In this document: piece by piece, positions 1-12,503 of the stretch
How positions within the stretch are numbered: position 1 is the first letter of the stretch
Layout: each line of letters begins with the position of its first letter
The notes under the pieces: model-generated
Told to the model about the DNA's origin: nothing
The model's input: only the letters and a program-made list of their open reading frames with translations
Database searches by the model: none
Position numbers and translations under genes: made by a program
DNA from: Sulfuricellaceae bacterium
GTDB lineage: Bacteria > Pseudomonadota > Gammaproteobacteria > Burkholderiales > UBA9220
Direction: 5' to 3'
Assembly: GCA_050177075.1 (NCBI GenBank)
Contig: JBFXHL010000001.1
Span: forward strand, 3,349-67,348
Length of the DNA stretch: 64,000 bases

Positions 1-1
1 T

Positions 2-1345
2 GGAGTCGGAACAGTCACCTCCGAAACCCTGTGGGCCACCCTGACCGAAGCCTGCCGCCGGCTGGAAACCGAACCGCCCCGCTGCAAGAAACTCGACGGC
101 CTGATCGGGCGCCTCACGGATTACCGCTGGTGGCGCAAGACCCTTCGCCGCCGCACCATGCGCACCCGGGAAGCCGGGGCCATCAAGGCCGGCTTTGTCC
201 ACCGCAAGGCCGGCCTCTACGCCTCCGATGAAACCATGGCCCGCCACCGCCAGCACCGCAAGCTGGGCGCCCAATACCTCGAAATGATGGAAGCCATCAA
301 CGAGTTGGGGGAAATCTTCACCCTGGATGAAATCGCCGCCGGCAATGTGAGCAACCCCGCCGTCCGCCGGGCGGAACTCATGGTCCGCATCAAGGGCATG
401 GAGGCATACGCCCAAGGGAAAGGGCTCCGTGCCCTGTTCGTCACCTGGACCTGCCCCAGCCGGATGCACTCCCGCCGCGACAACGGCACCCCCAACCCCA
501 AGTACGACACCACCACCCCCGCGCTTGCCCACCGCCACCTGCAAGCCCAATGGGCCAAGGCCCGCGCCAAGCTGAAACGGGAGGGCGTGAACTGCTTCGG
601 CCTGCGGGTGGAAGAACCCCACCACGACGGCACCCCGCACCGCCATATTCTGCTGTTCGTCCACCCCCTCCAGGTGGGCCGCCTGACCGCCATCCTGACC
701 CGCTACGCCCTGGAGCACGACGCCGACGAACCCGGCGCCCAAAAGCACCGCCTCACCGTGGAGCGCATCGACCCGGCCAAGGGCAGCGCCGCCGGCTACG
801 TGGCGAAGTACATCGCCAAGAACGTAGACGGTGAGCACGTGGGCCTGGACTTCGAAGCGAACGGTGAAAGCGCCGCCACCACCGCCGAGCGCGTCAACGC
901 CTGGGCCGCCACCTGGGGCATTCGCCAGTTCCAGTTTTTCGGCGGCCAGAAGGTCACCCCCTGGCGCGAACTGCGCCGGCTGCGTGAGGAGCCCCAGGGC
1001 GAATTCAGCGCCCCATGGTTCCACGCAGACAGGGGGGATTGGGACGGCTACACCCGGGCCATGGAGGAAGCGCCCCTGGCCCTGTGGACAGAGCCCCGCC
1101 CCAGCCTGCGCTATGCAGGCGAGGAAAGCACGATCATCAAGGGCCTGGAGTTCGGGCCGGAGAAGCTGAAAACCCGCGTCCACGAATGGCGGATTGAGCC
1201 GAAAGCGGGGGCCTTTGCTCCCCCTTGGACTCGTGTAAATAACTGTACGCGGCACCCTGACGCGCCCCCGGAACCGGGAAAAAAGAACGCCGCCCCGGGC
1301 AGTTTTAAGCCCGGAAGCGGCGGGAAGTTGCCGGGTCAGGCGTGA
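2..1345 (+). CDS. Rolling-circle replication endonuclease, P2 GpA-like (5' end cut by window edge)
   Basis: Frame is open from nt 2 into the listed ORF 158..1345. HUH-type motif HRHILLF, Tyr motif GYVAKYIAKN and the FVTWTCPSRMH block are typical of the Phage_GPA family. Confidence 0.8.
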   Translation, partial: GVGTVTSETLWATLTEACRRLETEPPRCKKLDGLIGRLTDYRWWRKTLRRRTMRTREAGAIKAGFVHRKAGLYASDETMARHRQHRKLGAQYLEMMEAINELGEIFTLDEIAAGNVSNPAVRRAELMVRIKGMEAYAQGKGLRALFVTWTCPSRMHSRRDNGTPNPKYDTTTPALAHRHLQAQWAKARAKLKREGVNCFGLRVEEPHHDGTPHRHILLFVHPLQVGRLTAILTRYALEHDADEPGAQKHRLTVERIDPAKGSAAGYVAKYIAKNVDGEHVGLDFEANGESAATTAERVNAWAATWGIRQFQFFGGQKVTPWRELRRLREEPQGEFSAPWFHADRGDWDGYTRAMEEAPLALWTEPRPSLRYAGEESTIIKGLEFGPEKLKTRVHEWRIEPKAGAFAPPWTRVNNCTRHPDAPPEPGKKNAAPGSFKPGSGGKLPGQA

Positions 1346-2052
1346 AGGCGACCCGGCATAGGCCAAATGATAGCACAATGAGAACCATTCGCAACATGAA
1401 GCCGACACGATCAGCACACAATCAGCGAAAAAAGACCGGATGGTCCTACCGGATGCAGGCTATCGAGCCCACCGACCCGACCATTAACCAGGTGTTCCCC
1501 GGCTACCATCCGCAATGGGTCATGCAGTCGCAGAAAATGACCATCGGCCCGGAGAATTTCCGGCTCTTGCGGGAATGGATGCTGGGCATGAACACCGAGG
1601 AATGCGGCGCCTATCTTCGCGTGGCCCCTTCCACCGTCCGCCGCTGGGAGGCCGGCACGGTCCCCGTGCCCTTCACGGCCTTCGAACTGCTGCGACTGGT
1701 GTATGAAAGCGTCCATTTCCGCCTGTCCGGCCACGATTGGGCGGGCTGGTTCATCGGCGAGAATGGCCGGCTGGTGTCCCCCGACATCGGCGGCTTGGAT
1801 GTCTCGCCGCAGGACGTGAACGCCATCCCCGGCCTGCTCCGCGAAATCGGCCAGCTCAAGGCCGAGAATGCCGAACTCGCCGCCAAGCTCGCCCAGGCCC
1901 AGGAAGAAAATACCCGCCTCCGGGGACAGTACGTTTCCCAGGGCGTGGTGGACGAAATCACCGACATGCAGGAACGCCTAGCCGACCTGCTGGGCCGGCT
2001 CAACACCGCCAAGGTCTACAACTTCCCCCAACCCAAGGAGGCCGCAGCATGA
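1342..2052 (+). CDS. Island protein with HTH-like segment and C-terminal coiled coil (start uncertain)
   Basis: ORF track. EECGAYLRVAPSTVRRWEAG looks like an HTH. C-terminal LKAENAELAAKLAQAQEENTRLRG is a coiled coil. The GTG at 1342 overlaps the upstream stop; internal ATGs are also possible starts. Confidence 0.55.
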   Translation: MKATRHRPNDSTMRTIRNMKPTRSAHNQRKKTGWSYRMQAIEPTDPTINQVFPGYHPQWVMQSQKMTIGPENFRLLREWMLGMNTEECGAYLRVAPSTVRRWEAGTVPVPFTAFELLRLVYESVHFRLSGHDWAGWFIGENGRLVSPDIGGLDVSPQDVNAIPGLLREIGQLKAENAELAAKLAQAQEENTRLRGQYVSQGVVDEITDMQERLADLLGRLNTAKVYNFPQPKEAAA

Positions 2053-2219
2053 AACCCGATTTCCGCCTGAAACCCGGCGAATCCGCCCCGCAAGCCATCA
2101 CCCGGCTTTACCGGCACCTTCGCACCCTGAGCCCCGCCCACAAGCCCGACAGCCACTACGCGGCCCGCATCAAGAGCCGCGCCGCCGAGCGCCGGGCACA
2201 ACTGCACTTGGTGAAATAA
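2049..2219 (+). CDS. Small hypothetical island protein (56 aa)
   Basis: ATG at 2049 overlaps the stop of the upstream gene (ATGA). It lies within track ORF 1737..2219. No recognisable family. Confidence 0.35.
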   Translation: MKPDFRLKPGESAPQAITRLYRHLRTLSPAHKPDSHYAARIKSRAAERRAQLHLVK

Positions 2220-2222
2220 ACC

Positions 2223-2423
2223 ATGCTCTTCCTGACGGACGCCGAACTTTTCGAACTGACCGGCAAGCGCCTGCCTTCGGCGCAATGCCGCGCCCTGACG
2301 CTGATGGGCATCCGGTTCGTGCAGCGTCCCGATGGGAAGCCAAAAATCCCCCGTGCATGGATTGAAGGCGCACAGCAGCAAGCTCCGCGGCGCCCCGTCC
2401 TCGTCCTGGAAGCCATCAAGTAA
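2223..2423 (+). CDS. DUF4224-like small protein (family usually found just upstream of phage integrases)
   Basis: MLFLTDAELFELTGKRLPSAQCRAL... resembles DUF4224. Its stop overlaps the integrase start at 2423. Confidence 0.55.
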   Translation: MLFLTDAELFELTGKRLPSAQCRALTLMGIRFVQRPDGKPKIPRAWIEGAQQQAPRRPVLVLEAIK

Positions 2424-3397
2424 TGCCCCGCCCACGCTACCGCAATCAAGCCCTGGCCCCCTATCCGGGGCTGGTGGCGCGAAAGCTCAAGACCAAAACC
2501 CGCTACTACCTGGAAACCTTCGAAGGCAAGCGCGTACCCCTGGGGGACGAACTCCAAAAGGCCATCGAACGCTATAACGACCTGCTCAACGTCCCCATCG
2601 CCGGGGCCGTGACCTTCGCCCACGCCGCCAAGCAGTACCGGGAAAAATGCCTGCCCAAAAAAGGCCTCAAGACCCAACGGGACCAGGAAAAGCAACTGGA
2701 TACCCTGCTGGCCGCCTTCCCCCACGCCCTGCTGGATGAAATCGACCCCCAGCACATCGCCCAATACCGGGACAAGCGAAGCGCCAAGGTATCGGCAAAT
2801 CGGGAAATCGCCCTCCTCTCCCACCTGTGGAACTGGAGCCGGGAACAGGGCTACACCAACAAGGCCAACCCGACCCAGGGTGTAAGGAAGAACCCCGAGC
2901 GCGCCCGGGAACGCTACGTCAGCGACGACGAATACGAGGCGGTTTGGGAACAGGCTGACCACGCCCTCCAGGACGCCATGGACCTGGCGCTCCTCACTGG
3001 CCAGCGCCCCGGCGACGTGTTCTCCTGGAAGCTCTCCGACATCCGGGACGGCTACCTGCACGTCCTCCAGGCCAAGACACGAAAGCCGCTGCGCATTGAA
3101 ATCAGCGGCGAACTGGCAGAGGTGATCGAACGCATCAAGGGCCGGCCACGCAACGCCACCGGCAACTGGCTGGTTCAAACCGAGAATGGCCAACGCCTGA
3201 CCTACGCCATGTTCCGCAAGCGCTTCGAGAAAGCGAGGGAGGCCGCCGGGGCCGACTGGCAGTTCCGCGACCTGCGGGCCAAGTCCGCCAGCGACAGCGA
3301 CACCCTGGCCGAAGCTCAGGAACGACTGGGCCACGAATCCAGCCGAACCACCCGCCGGCACTACCGGCGCGGCGAAAAAACGAAGCCCCTCAGATGA
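2423..3397 (+). CDS. int: Tyrosine recombinase / phage-type integrase
   Basis: 324 aa. C-terminal catalytic region ...RDLRAKSASD...LGHESSRTTRRHYRR (the H-x-x-R ... Y pattern of tyrosine recombinases). Lies next to the 3' end of a tRNA. Confidence 0.9.
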   Translation: MPRPRYRNQALAPYPGLVARKLKTKTRYYLETFEGKRVPLGDELQKAIERYNDLLNVPIAGAVTFAHAAKQYREKCLPKKGLKTQRDQEKQLDTLLAAFPHALLDEIDPQHIAQYRDKRSAKVSANREIALLSHLWNWSREQGYTNKANPTQGVRKNPERARERYVSDDEYEAVWEQADHALQDAMDLALLTGQRPGDVFSWKLSDIRDGYLHVLQAKTRKPLRIEISGELAEVIERIKGRPRNATGNWLVQTENGQRLTYAMFRKRFEKAREAAGADWQFRDLRAKSASDSDTLAEAQERLGHESSRTTRRHYRRGEKTKPLR

Positions 3398-3426
3398 AAA
3401 ATAATGAACGGATAGTGAACGGGTGC

Positions 3427-3460
3427 AGAAAAAGTTAGGGCCTGCTCACTGGCAGGCCCT
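3427..3460 (-). terminator. Rho-independent terminator 8 nt downstream of tRNA-Thr
   Basis: Minus strand reads AGGGCCTGC-CAGTGA-GCAGGCCCT followed by AACTTTTTCT. Confidence 0.6.
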
Positions 3461-3467
3461 TATCTAC

Positions 3468-3543
<76 letters not shown>

Positions 3544-3554
3544 GGAAAGCCGGA

Positions 3555-3583
3555 ATTATACGGACCGGAGAGGGAAACGGCAA
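3555..3583 (-). promoter_or_regulatory. Sigma70-like promoter for tRNA-Thr
   Basis: Minus strand reads TTGCCG-N17-TATAAT. The -10 element ends 11 nt before the mature tRNA 5' end. The -35 element abuts the stop of the upstream Fur-family gene. Confidence 0.55.
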
Positions 3584-4012
3584 TCAGGCGGGACGAGCGG
3601 TGGAACGCACGCGGACGATGATATCCACGCCTTCGCTCACCACACCGGCGGGCAAGTTAGGCAGGCCGGAAATCCGCAGGTCGGAGGAGTCGATGTCCAT
3701 CAGTTCGCCGGTGTCCAGGTCGTACATGTGATGGTGCTCGTGGGTGTTGGGGTCGTAGAACACCTTACCGGCGTTGACGATCACCTCGCGCACCAGTTTC
3801 TTTTCGACGAACAGGTTGAGGGTATTGTACACCGTGGCCTTGGAGGTCTCGCTGTGCTTGGCGTTGACCGCCGCCATGATCTGGTCGGCGGACAGGTGGG
3901 CCATGCGGGAGAACAGGGCATAGGCAATCTCGATCCGCTGGTGTGTCGGGTTGATGCCGTGGCCACGCAGCAGCTCGATGATGGTATCGCGGGAATAGCT
4001 GATATGTTCCAT
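3584..4012 (-). CDS. Fur-family transcriptional regulator lacking the CxxC zinc motifs (Irr-like features)
   Basis: 142 aa. N-terminal winged-helix region (THQRIEIAYAL...ATVYNTLNLFVEKKLV) and the motif NTHEHHHMYDLDTGEL, where classical Fur has HHHDH..C..C. Confidence 0.85.
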   Translation of the reverse strand: MEHISYSRDTIIELLRGHGINPTHQRIEIAYALFSRMAHLSADQIMAAVNAKHSETSKATVYNTLNLFVEKKLVREVIVNAGKVFYDPNTHEHHHMYDLDTGELMDIDSSDLRISGLPNLPAGVVSEGVDIIVRVRSTARPA

Positions 4013-4030
4013 GGACTTACTATAAACCCA

Positions 4031-4051
4031 TTGCTAGACAATGTCTAACAA
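4031..4051. promoter_or_regulatory. 21-bp near-perfect palindrome upstream of the Fur-family gene (candidate operator)
   Basis: TTGCTAGACA-A-TGTCTAACAA, with 9/10 arm matches. It lies 19-39 nt upstream of the start at 4012, in an AT-rich stretch. Confidence 0.4.
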
Positions 4052-4071
4052 TTATTTTTATGGGTCCCATG

Positions 4072-4101
4072 GAAAAATTGCCCGCCCCGGGAGGGGCGGG
4101 C
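4072..4101 (-). terminator. Rho-independent terminator of fbp
   Basis: Perfect 9-bp stem GCCCGCCCC-loop-GGGGCGGGC followed on the minus strand by AATTTTTC, 8 nt after the fbp stop. Confidence 0.7.
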
Positions 4102-4109
4102 AACGGGCA

Positions 4110-5114
4110 TTACTCCTTGTGGTAGGAGACGATGCGTTCCACTTCGTTCTTGGAGCCCAGGATCACGGGCACGCGCTGGTGGATGTGGTCGGGCTGGATG
4201 TCCATGATGCGCTCGCGACCGGTGGAGCTCACGCCGCCGGCCTGCTCGACGATGAAGGACATGGGGTTGGCTTCGTACATCAGGCGCAGCTTGCCGGGCT
4301 TGGTGGGGTCCTTGGTGTCCTTGGGGTACATGAACACGCCGCCGCGCATCAGGATGCGGTGCACTTCGGCCACCATGGAGGCAACCCAGCGCATGTTGAA
4401 GTTCTCGCCACGGGGGCCTTCCTTGCCCTGCAGGCACTCTTCCACGTAACGCTGCACGGGGGCTTCCCAGAAGCGCTCGTTGGAGGCGTTGATGGCGAAT
4501 TCCCGGGTATCGGGCTTGATCTGGATGTTGGCGTGGGTGAGGATGAATTCGCCCACTTCACGGTCCAGGGTGAAGCCGTTCACGCCGTGGCCGCAGGTCA
4601 GCACCAGCATGGTGGAGGGGCCGTAGATGGCGTAGCCGGAAGCCACCTGCTTGGTGCCGGGCTGAAGAAAATCCTTCTCGGTGGCCTCGGTCACGCCCTC
4701 AGGGGCACGCAGGATGGAGAAAATGGTGCCGACGGAAATGTTCACGTCGATGTTGGAGGAGCCGTCCAGGGGATCGAACACCAGCAGGTACTTGCCGCGG
4801 GGGTACTGGGCGGGGATGGGCAGAATCTCTTCCATCTCCTCGGAGGCCATGGCGGCCAGGTGGCCCGCCCACTCGTTGGAGCGGATCATGATGTCGTTGG
4901 TGATGACGTCCAGTTTCTTCTGGGTCTCGCCCTGCACGTTCTCGCTGCCGGCGGAGCCGAGGACGCCGATGAGGTCGCCCTTGTTGACGGCGTTGGAGAT
5001 CACCTTGATGGCGGTGACGGTGTCGTTGAGCAGACCGGTGAAATCGCCGGTGGCGCCCTTGACGCGGCGCTGTTCCTCGATGATGAACTGGGTCAGTGTG
5101 GTGCCGATATGCAT
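4110..5114 (-). CDS. fbp: Fructose-1,6-bisphosphatase class 1
   Basis: 334 aa. N-terminus [25 protein letters not shown] and the rest are collinear with class I FBPase. Confidence 0.95.
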   Translation of the reverse strand: MHIGTTLTQFIIEEQRRVKGATGDFTGLLNDTVTAIKVISNAVNKGDLIGVLGSAGSENVQGETQKKLDVITNDIMIRSNEWAGHLAAMASEEMEEILPIPAQYPRGKYLLVFDPLDGSSNIDVNISVGTIFSILRAPEGVTEATEKDFLQPGTKQVASGYAIYGPSTMLVLTCGHGVNGFTLDREVGEFILTHANIQIKPDTREFAINASNERFWEAPVQRYVEECLQGKEGPRGENFNMRWVASMVAEVHRILMRGGVFMYPKDTKDPTKPGKLRLMYEANPMSFIVEQAGGVSSTGRERIMDIQPDHIHQRVPVILGSKNEVERIVSYHKE

Positions 5115-5366
5115 GGAACTTCCTTGTTTTATTGCGTTGAAATCTGATGCTTAAGCCGAAATCTCGACTTAGTCCAAAACATTATTATATTAGAAAACCC
5201 TGAAATCCCCCTAACTCCCCTTCCCTACTGGCCCCGCACGACATCGGCCATCGACGGGCGGGCAAAGCCCCGCCTGGGCGAGGGCGATTTTTGCCCCTCC
5301 CAACCCTTGGGCACGCCCGGCAGATATGCCATAATCCGCTGATTATTTTCACGGGGGTACCAAGAC

Positions 5367-6398
<1,032 letters not shown>

Positions 6399-6451
6399 AA
6401 CTCCCGCCGCGGCCGCCGCTGTGCGGCGGATACCCGGCGAAAAAAACGGCA

Positions 6452-6901
6452 ATGGCTGAAAAAGCCATTTCCCTCCGGCAACGGGCCCTGGGCTTCCTGG
6501 CTCGGCGCGAATACTCCCGCCTGGAGCTGAAGCGCAAGCTGGCGCCCCACGCCGAGAACGAAGAAGAGGTAGAAAACCTGCTGGAGGATTTCCAGAAACG
6601 GGGCTGGCTGTCGGAGGACCGCTACACCGAACAGCTCATCCACGCGCGCCGGGCCAAATACGGCACCCAGCGCATCGTGCAGGAATTGCGGGAAAAGGGC
6701 GTCGGCGAGGAAGCCATCAGCGCCGCCCTGCCGGAACTGAAGGACAGCGAGCTGGAAACCGCCAAGGCCGTGTGGGTGAAAAAATTCGGCCAACCGCCGG
6801 TGGATGCCAAGGACAAGGCTCGGCAAGTTCGCTTTCTCGCCAGCCGGGGCTTCAGAATGGACGTGATCTTCCGCGTCCTGGGCGGTGGGGACGAGGATTG
6901 A
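6452..6901 (+). CDS. recX: Recombination regulator RecX
   Basis: 149 aa, MAEKAISLRQRALGFLARREYSRLELKRKL.... It is the last third of composite track ORF 5291..6901. Position just after recA. Confidence 0.9.
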   Translation: MAEKAISLRQRALGFLARREYSRLELKRKLAPHAENEEEVENLLEDFQKRGWLSEDRYTEQLIHARRAKYGTQRIVQELREKGVGEEAISAALPELKDSELETAKAVWVKKFGQPPVDAKDKARQVRFLASRGFRMDVIFRVLGGGDED

Positions 6902-6904
6902 AGG

Positions 6905-7270
6905 ATGAGCGTCATGAAAAGCATGTGGATGCTTGCGATGTTGGCCGGGACCCTGGCCATGGGGGGCTGCGACTACCTGCCGGTGGGAACGACGCCGGTG
7001 AAGGATATCGTTGCCGCGCCGGCCAACTTCGAAGGCAAGGAGGTCAAGCTGCGGGGCACGGTCAAGGACGTGACCAAGGTTCCCTTCCTAGGCATCCGCC
7101 AGTATACCCTGGACGACGGCAGCGACGAGATTGCGGTGGTCACTTCCGGCGATCTGCCGGCGGAGAAATCCAAGCTGCTGGTGACGGGCAAGGTGGCTAG
7201 CACCGCCATCATCGCCGGCCAGTCCCTGGGGCTGCACCTTAACGAAACAGCGCGTCACGGCGGCTTCTGA
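6905..7270 (+). CDS. Small lipoprotein, function unknown
   Basis: Signal peptide with lipobox LAMGGC. 121 aa. Confidence 0.6.
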   Translation: MSVMKSMWMLAMLAGTLAMGGCDYLPVGTTPVKDIVAAPANFEGKEVKLRGTVKDVTKVPFLGIRQYTLDDGSDEIAVVTSGDLPAEKSKLLVTGKVASTAIIAGQSLGLHLNETARHGGF

Positions 7271-7312
7271 CCGGGGCGCGGAATAGCGATTATTGATTTT
7301 GGGTTCGACTAA

Positions 7313-9979
<2,667 letters not shown>

Positions 9980-10010
9980 CGGCATAAGGGGCGGCGACGC
10001 CCCCTAAGCA

Positions 10011-10049
10011 AAAAGCGGGTCGGCCCACAGAGGGCGGCCCGCTTTTTTC
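10011..10049. terminator. Bidirectional rho-independent terminator between alaS and the convergent lipoprotein gene
   Basis: AAAA-AGCGGGTCGGCCC-loop-GGGCGGCCCGCT-TTTTTT: an imperfect GC stem flanked by an A-run and a T-run. Confidence 0.7.
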
Positions 10050-10055
10050 ATACCC

Positions 10056-10541
10056 CTAGCGTTTCCCCGGCGGGGGCGGCGGGTACGGCGCCGCTTCAAC
10101 ACGAGGCGTTGCGGGCGCCGGCGCCCCATACCCCGGCAACGGGTTCCCCTTGCCGGTCATGCACTGCTGGTAGGCGATGTCGTAGCGCCGCTGCATCTCC
10201 CGCGACGCCAGGGCGCCTTGCCGGGCACCCACGGCGGCACCGGTGAGCAGTCCCAGCGCCGCGCCCTTTTCCGCCCCTTCATGGTTGCCGCCCATCGCCG
10301 CTCCCGCCACGGCGCCGATGGCCGTGCCCACCGCCGCCGAGGCGGCGAAATTCCGCGCTCCGGCGTCCGACGGCGCCAGGCCGATGGATTGCTCGGCATA
10401 GCGGCGGCAATACTGGTCGTCGGCGGAGAACTGCTCGAAGGGCTTGCCGGGGGCGGGCATCATGGACACCCGGGGCCCGGGCGGCAGGGTGGCGCATGCC
10501 GCCAGGCCGAGGACCGCCAGGAAAAGCATCGCTCGCGCCAT
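10056..10541 (-). CDS. Glycine-zipper lipoprotein
   Basis: Lipobox LGLAAC. Gly/Ala zipper segment AASAAVGTAIGAVAGAAMGG...GLLTGAAVGA. Confidence 0.7.
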   Translation of the reverse strand: MARAMLFLAVLGLAACATLPPGPRVSMMPAPGKPFEQFSADDQYCRRYAEQSIGLAPSDAGARNFAASAAVGTAIGAVAGAAMGGNHEGAEKGAALGLLTGAAVGARQGALASREMQRRYDIAYQQCMTGKGNPLPGYGAPAPATPRVEAAPYPPPPPGKR

Positions 10542-10551
10542 CGTCCTTCTC

Positions 10552-10980
10552 CTACTGGCCCGGCGGCGTCGCCGGCACCGTCTTCCAGCCGCCGGGACAG
10601 ACGGAGACGTAGGGGTAGTAGCCCTTGGCCGACGGGCAGTAATACCACACCTGGGTTGCCGGGGCCGATGGCGCGGGCGGCGTACTGGCCTGGGGAACCA
10701 TAACTACAGGCGGCCGATAGGGGTCGGGATAGGGATAGACGGGCTGAGGATAGAAATACCACGCCCCCGCCACCACCCACCACCAGCCCAGGCGCCCCTC
10801 GTGGCGGCCATGGTACCAATGGCCGCCGCGCCAGACGTGGATATCGCGCTCATGGAAATGGCGGATGTCGCCATGCCAGCGCGGGTCATGGCGCCATTCA
10901 TCCGCCTGAGCCGGAAAAGCCAGCGAAGCCAGGACGGTAGCGGCGCTCACCGCCCAGCCGATTTTGTAGCGCAGTTTCAT
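10552..10980 (-). CDS. Secreted His/Trp/Pro-rich protein of unknown function
   Basis: Signal peptide ...LAFPAQA. Repeated RHxxW / GWWWVV / YPYPDPY motifs. Forms a gene pair with the glycine-zipper lipoprotein. Confidence 0.6.
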   Translation of the reverse strand: MKLRYKIGWAVSAATVLASLAFPAQADEWRHDPRWHGDIRHFHERDIHVWRGGHWYHGRHEGRLGWWWVVAGAWYFYPQPVYPYPDPYRPPVVMVPQASTPPAPSAPATQVWYYCPSAKGYYPYVSVCPGGWKTVPATPPGQ

Positions 10981-11163
10981 GACGCTCCCTTTCCGATGAA
11001 TTACGGTCGGGATATTGCACCACGGGGATGTAAGGGGCGTGTGTCGGGGAAAGGGGGAAAAGTAACGCCGTGCGTCGGGGAGGGGCGATGGAAATATTGG
11101 GTTACAAATTGGGGGGATGCGCTTCGCGCAGGAGGTTTGGGTGTCGGGTTACCCGGCATCCGA

Positions 11164-11673
11164 TCACGCCGTGCAAAACACGGCCTCCCCCTCCCGCAGA
11201 ATCCCCCGCAACGCCACTTCCACCGCCTGCCGCCGCACCTCCCGCCGGTCGCCGGAAAACACTTGGCGCCCCGCCACCATTCGCCCATCGGCGAAGGCCC
11301 AGGCGAACCAGACGAGGCCCACGGGTTTTTCCACCGTGCCGCCGGTGGGGCCGGCAATGCCGGAAACCGCCAGGGCCGCCTGGGCGCGGCTGCGCTGCAA
11401 AGCGCCCGCGGCCATCTCCCTGACCGTGGCCTCGCTCACCGCGCCGTGGGCGGCGAGGGTCTCGGGAGACACCCCCAGCATCTCCTGCTTGGCCTCGTTG
11501 GTGTAGGTGATGAAGCCCCGGTCGTACCAGGCCGAGCTGCCGGACACGGCGGTCACCGCCTCCCCCACCCAGCCGCCGGTGCAGGACTCGGCGGTGGCGA
11601 GCATCCAGCCCCGTTCCGTGAGGAAGCGGCCGAGTTCTTCGGCCAGGGGATAGAGGTCGTCGCCGGCGTTCAT
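11164..11673 (-). CDS. pncC: Nicotinamide-nucleotide amidohydrolase (CinA C-terminal domain family)
   Basis: 169 aa, MNAGDDLYPLAEELGRFLTERGWMLATAESCTGGW.... The ATG overlaps the upstream stop (TGATG). The rest of track ORF 11164..12081 is spurious. Confidence 0.85.
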   Translation of the reverse strand: MNAGDDLYPLAEELGRFLTERGWMLATAESCTGGWVGEAVTAVSGSSAWYDRGFITYTNEAKQEMLGVSPETLAAHGAVSEATVREMAAGALQRSRAQAALAVSGIAGPTGGTVEKPVGLVWFAWAFADGRMVAGRQVFSGDRREVRRQAVEVALRGILREGEAVFCTA

Positions 11674-12494
11674 CAGTAGGGGGCGTCGGCGGGCTTGCCG
11701 CCCTTCGGCCAATCCTTGGATTTGCCCTTGAAGTCGGGGCGGGGCTGGCGGGTGAAGTAGGCGGCGACGTCGTAGGCTTCCTGGTCGGTCAGGGTGTTGC
11801 CCTGGCCCAGGGGCATGTTGGCCTTGACGAAGGCGGCGGCGGTGTCGAGGCGCGCCATGCCGGCGCCGATGTTGAAGGACTTGGCTCCCCACAAAGGGGG
11901 GAACATATAGCTGCCGTTGGCGCCGCTCAGGCCCTGGCCGGCGACACCGTGGCAGGCGGAGCACTTGGCGGCGTAGATCGCCTTGCCCTTCGCCTCGTCG
12001 GGGGCCCGTTCGGCCTTGATCTGCTTGAAGCCGCGGCCCTCCACCTCCATGCCGGTGGGCACGCCCTGGGACAGCCACCACATGTAGGCCAGGAGGCCGC
12101 GCATTTCATCGCTGTCGGCGGGAAGGGGCTTGCCGTTCATGGAGCGCTGGAAGCAATCGTTGACCCGCTCCTCAAGGGTGTTCACCTGGGCCGTGCGGCT
12201 ACGGTACGCCGGGTACACCCCCCAGACGCCCACCAAGGGGGAAGCGTAGGGCGTCTTACCGCCGTTGAGGTGGCAGGAAGTGCAGTTGAGGCCGGTGCCC
12301 ACGTATTGCTTGGCATACGCCTGGGTCTGGTTCAGCACCTTCTCGCCGTAGCGGATGGCGTCTCCCATGGGGCCGGCGGGGATGCCGCTGTCGGCGGGGG
12401 GAGTGAACGGCGCTTTTTTCGGCGCGTCGGCGGCCTGGGCCAGGGACAAGAACGTCATCAGGGCCACCGCGTAAGCAATTTTTCTCATTTCCAA
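11673..12494 (-). CDS. Periplasmic diheme c-type cytochrome (TsdA/thiosulfate-dehydrogenase-like)
   Basis: Signal peptide and two CxxCH motifs (CTSCH, CSACH). The NDCFQRSMNG block resembles the TsdA Cys-ligand region; that comparison is from memory only. Confidence 0.75.
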   Translation of the reverse strand: MEMRKIAYAVALMTFLSLAQAADAPKKAPFTPPADSGIPAGPMGDAIRYGEKVLNQTQAYAKQYVGTGLNCTSCHLNGGKTPYASPLVGVWGVYPAYRSRTAQVNTLEERVNDCFQRSMNGKPLPADSDEMRGLLAYMWWLSQGVPTGMEVEGRGFKQIKAERAPDEAKGKAIYAAKCSACHGVAGQGLSGANGSYMFPPLWGAKSFNIGAGMARLDTAAAFVKANMPLGQGNTLTDQEAYDVAAYFTRQPRPDFKGKSKDWPKGGKPADAPY

Positions 12495-12503
12495 TTTCCC
12501 CCT

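Noticed and set aside
1-3397. Calling the left-edge element a complete prophage
   Set aside because: Only replication, regulatory and integration genes are visible. No capsid, tail, terminase or lysis genes lie within the window, so its completeness and type cannot be stated.
5115-5366. Search for a LexA/SOS box (CTGT-N8-ACAG) upstream of recA. The regions upstream of uvrA and ssb (34670-34956, 32694-32819) were also searched.
   Set aside because: I found no convincing match by eye. CTGATTATTTTCACGG near 5336 is too degenerate. A different SOS motif cannot be excluded without a profile search.
11041-11095. Possible fifth, degenerate copy of the GC-rich repeat (GGGGAAAGGGGGAAAAGTAACGCCGTGCGTCGGGGAGGGGCG)
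   Set aside because: It shares only G-run composition, with no hairpin and no collinear alignment to the TIR.
11164-11673. Split cinA (C-terminal PncC domain here, N-terminal MoCF domain gene at 45210-45959) as evidence of gene fission
   Set aside because: Separate genes for the two CinA domains are common in Proteobacteria. The two loci are 34 kb apart and each looks intact.
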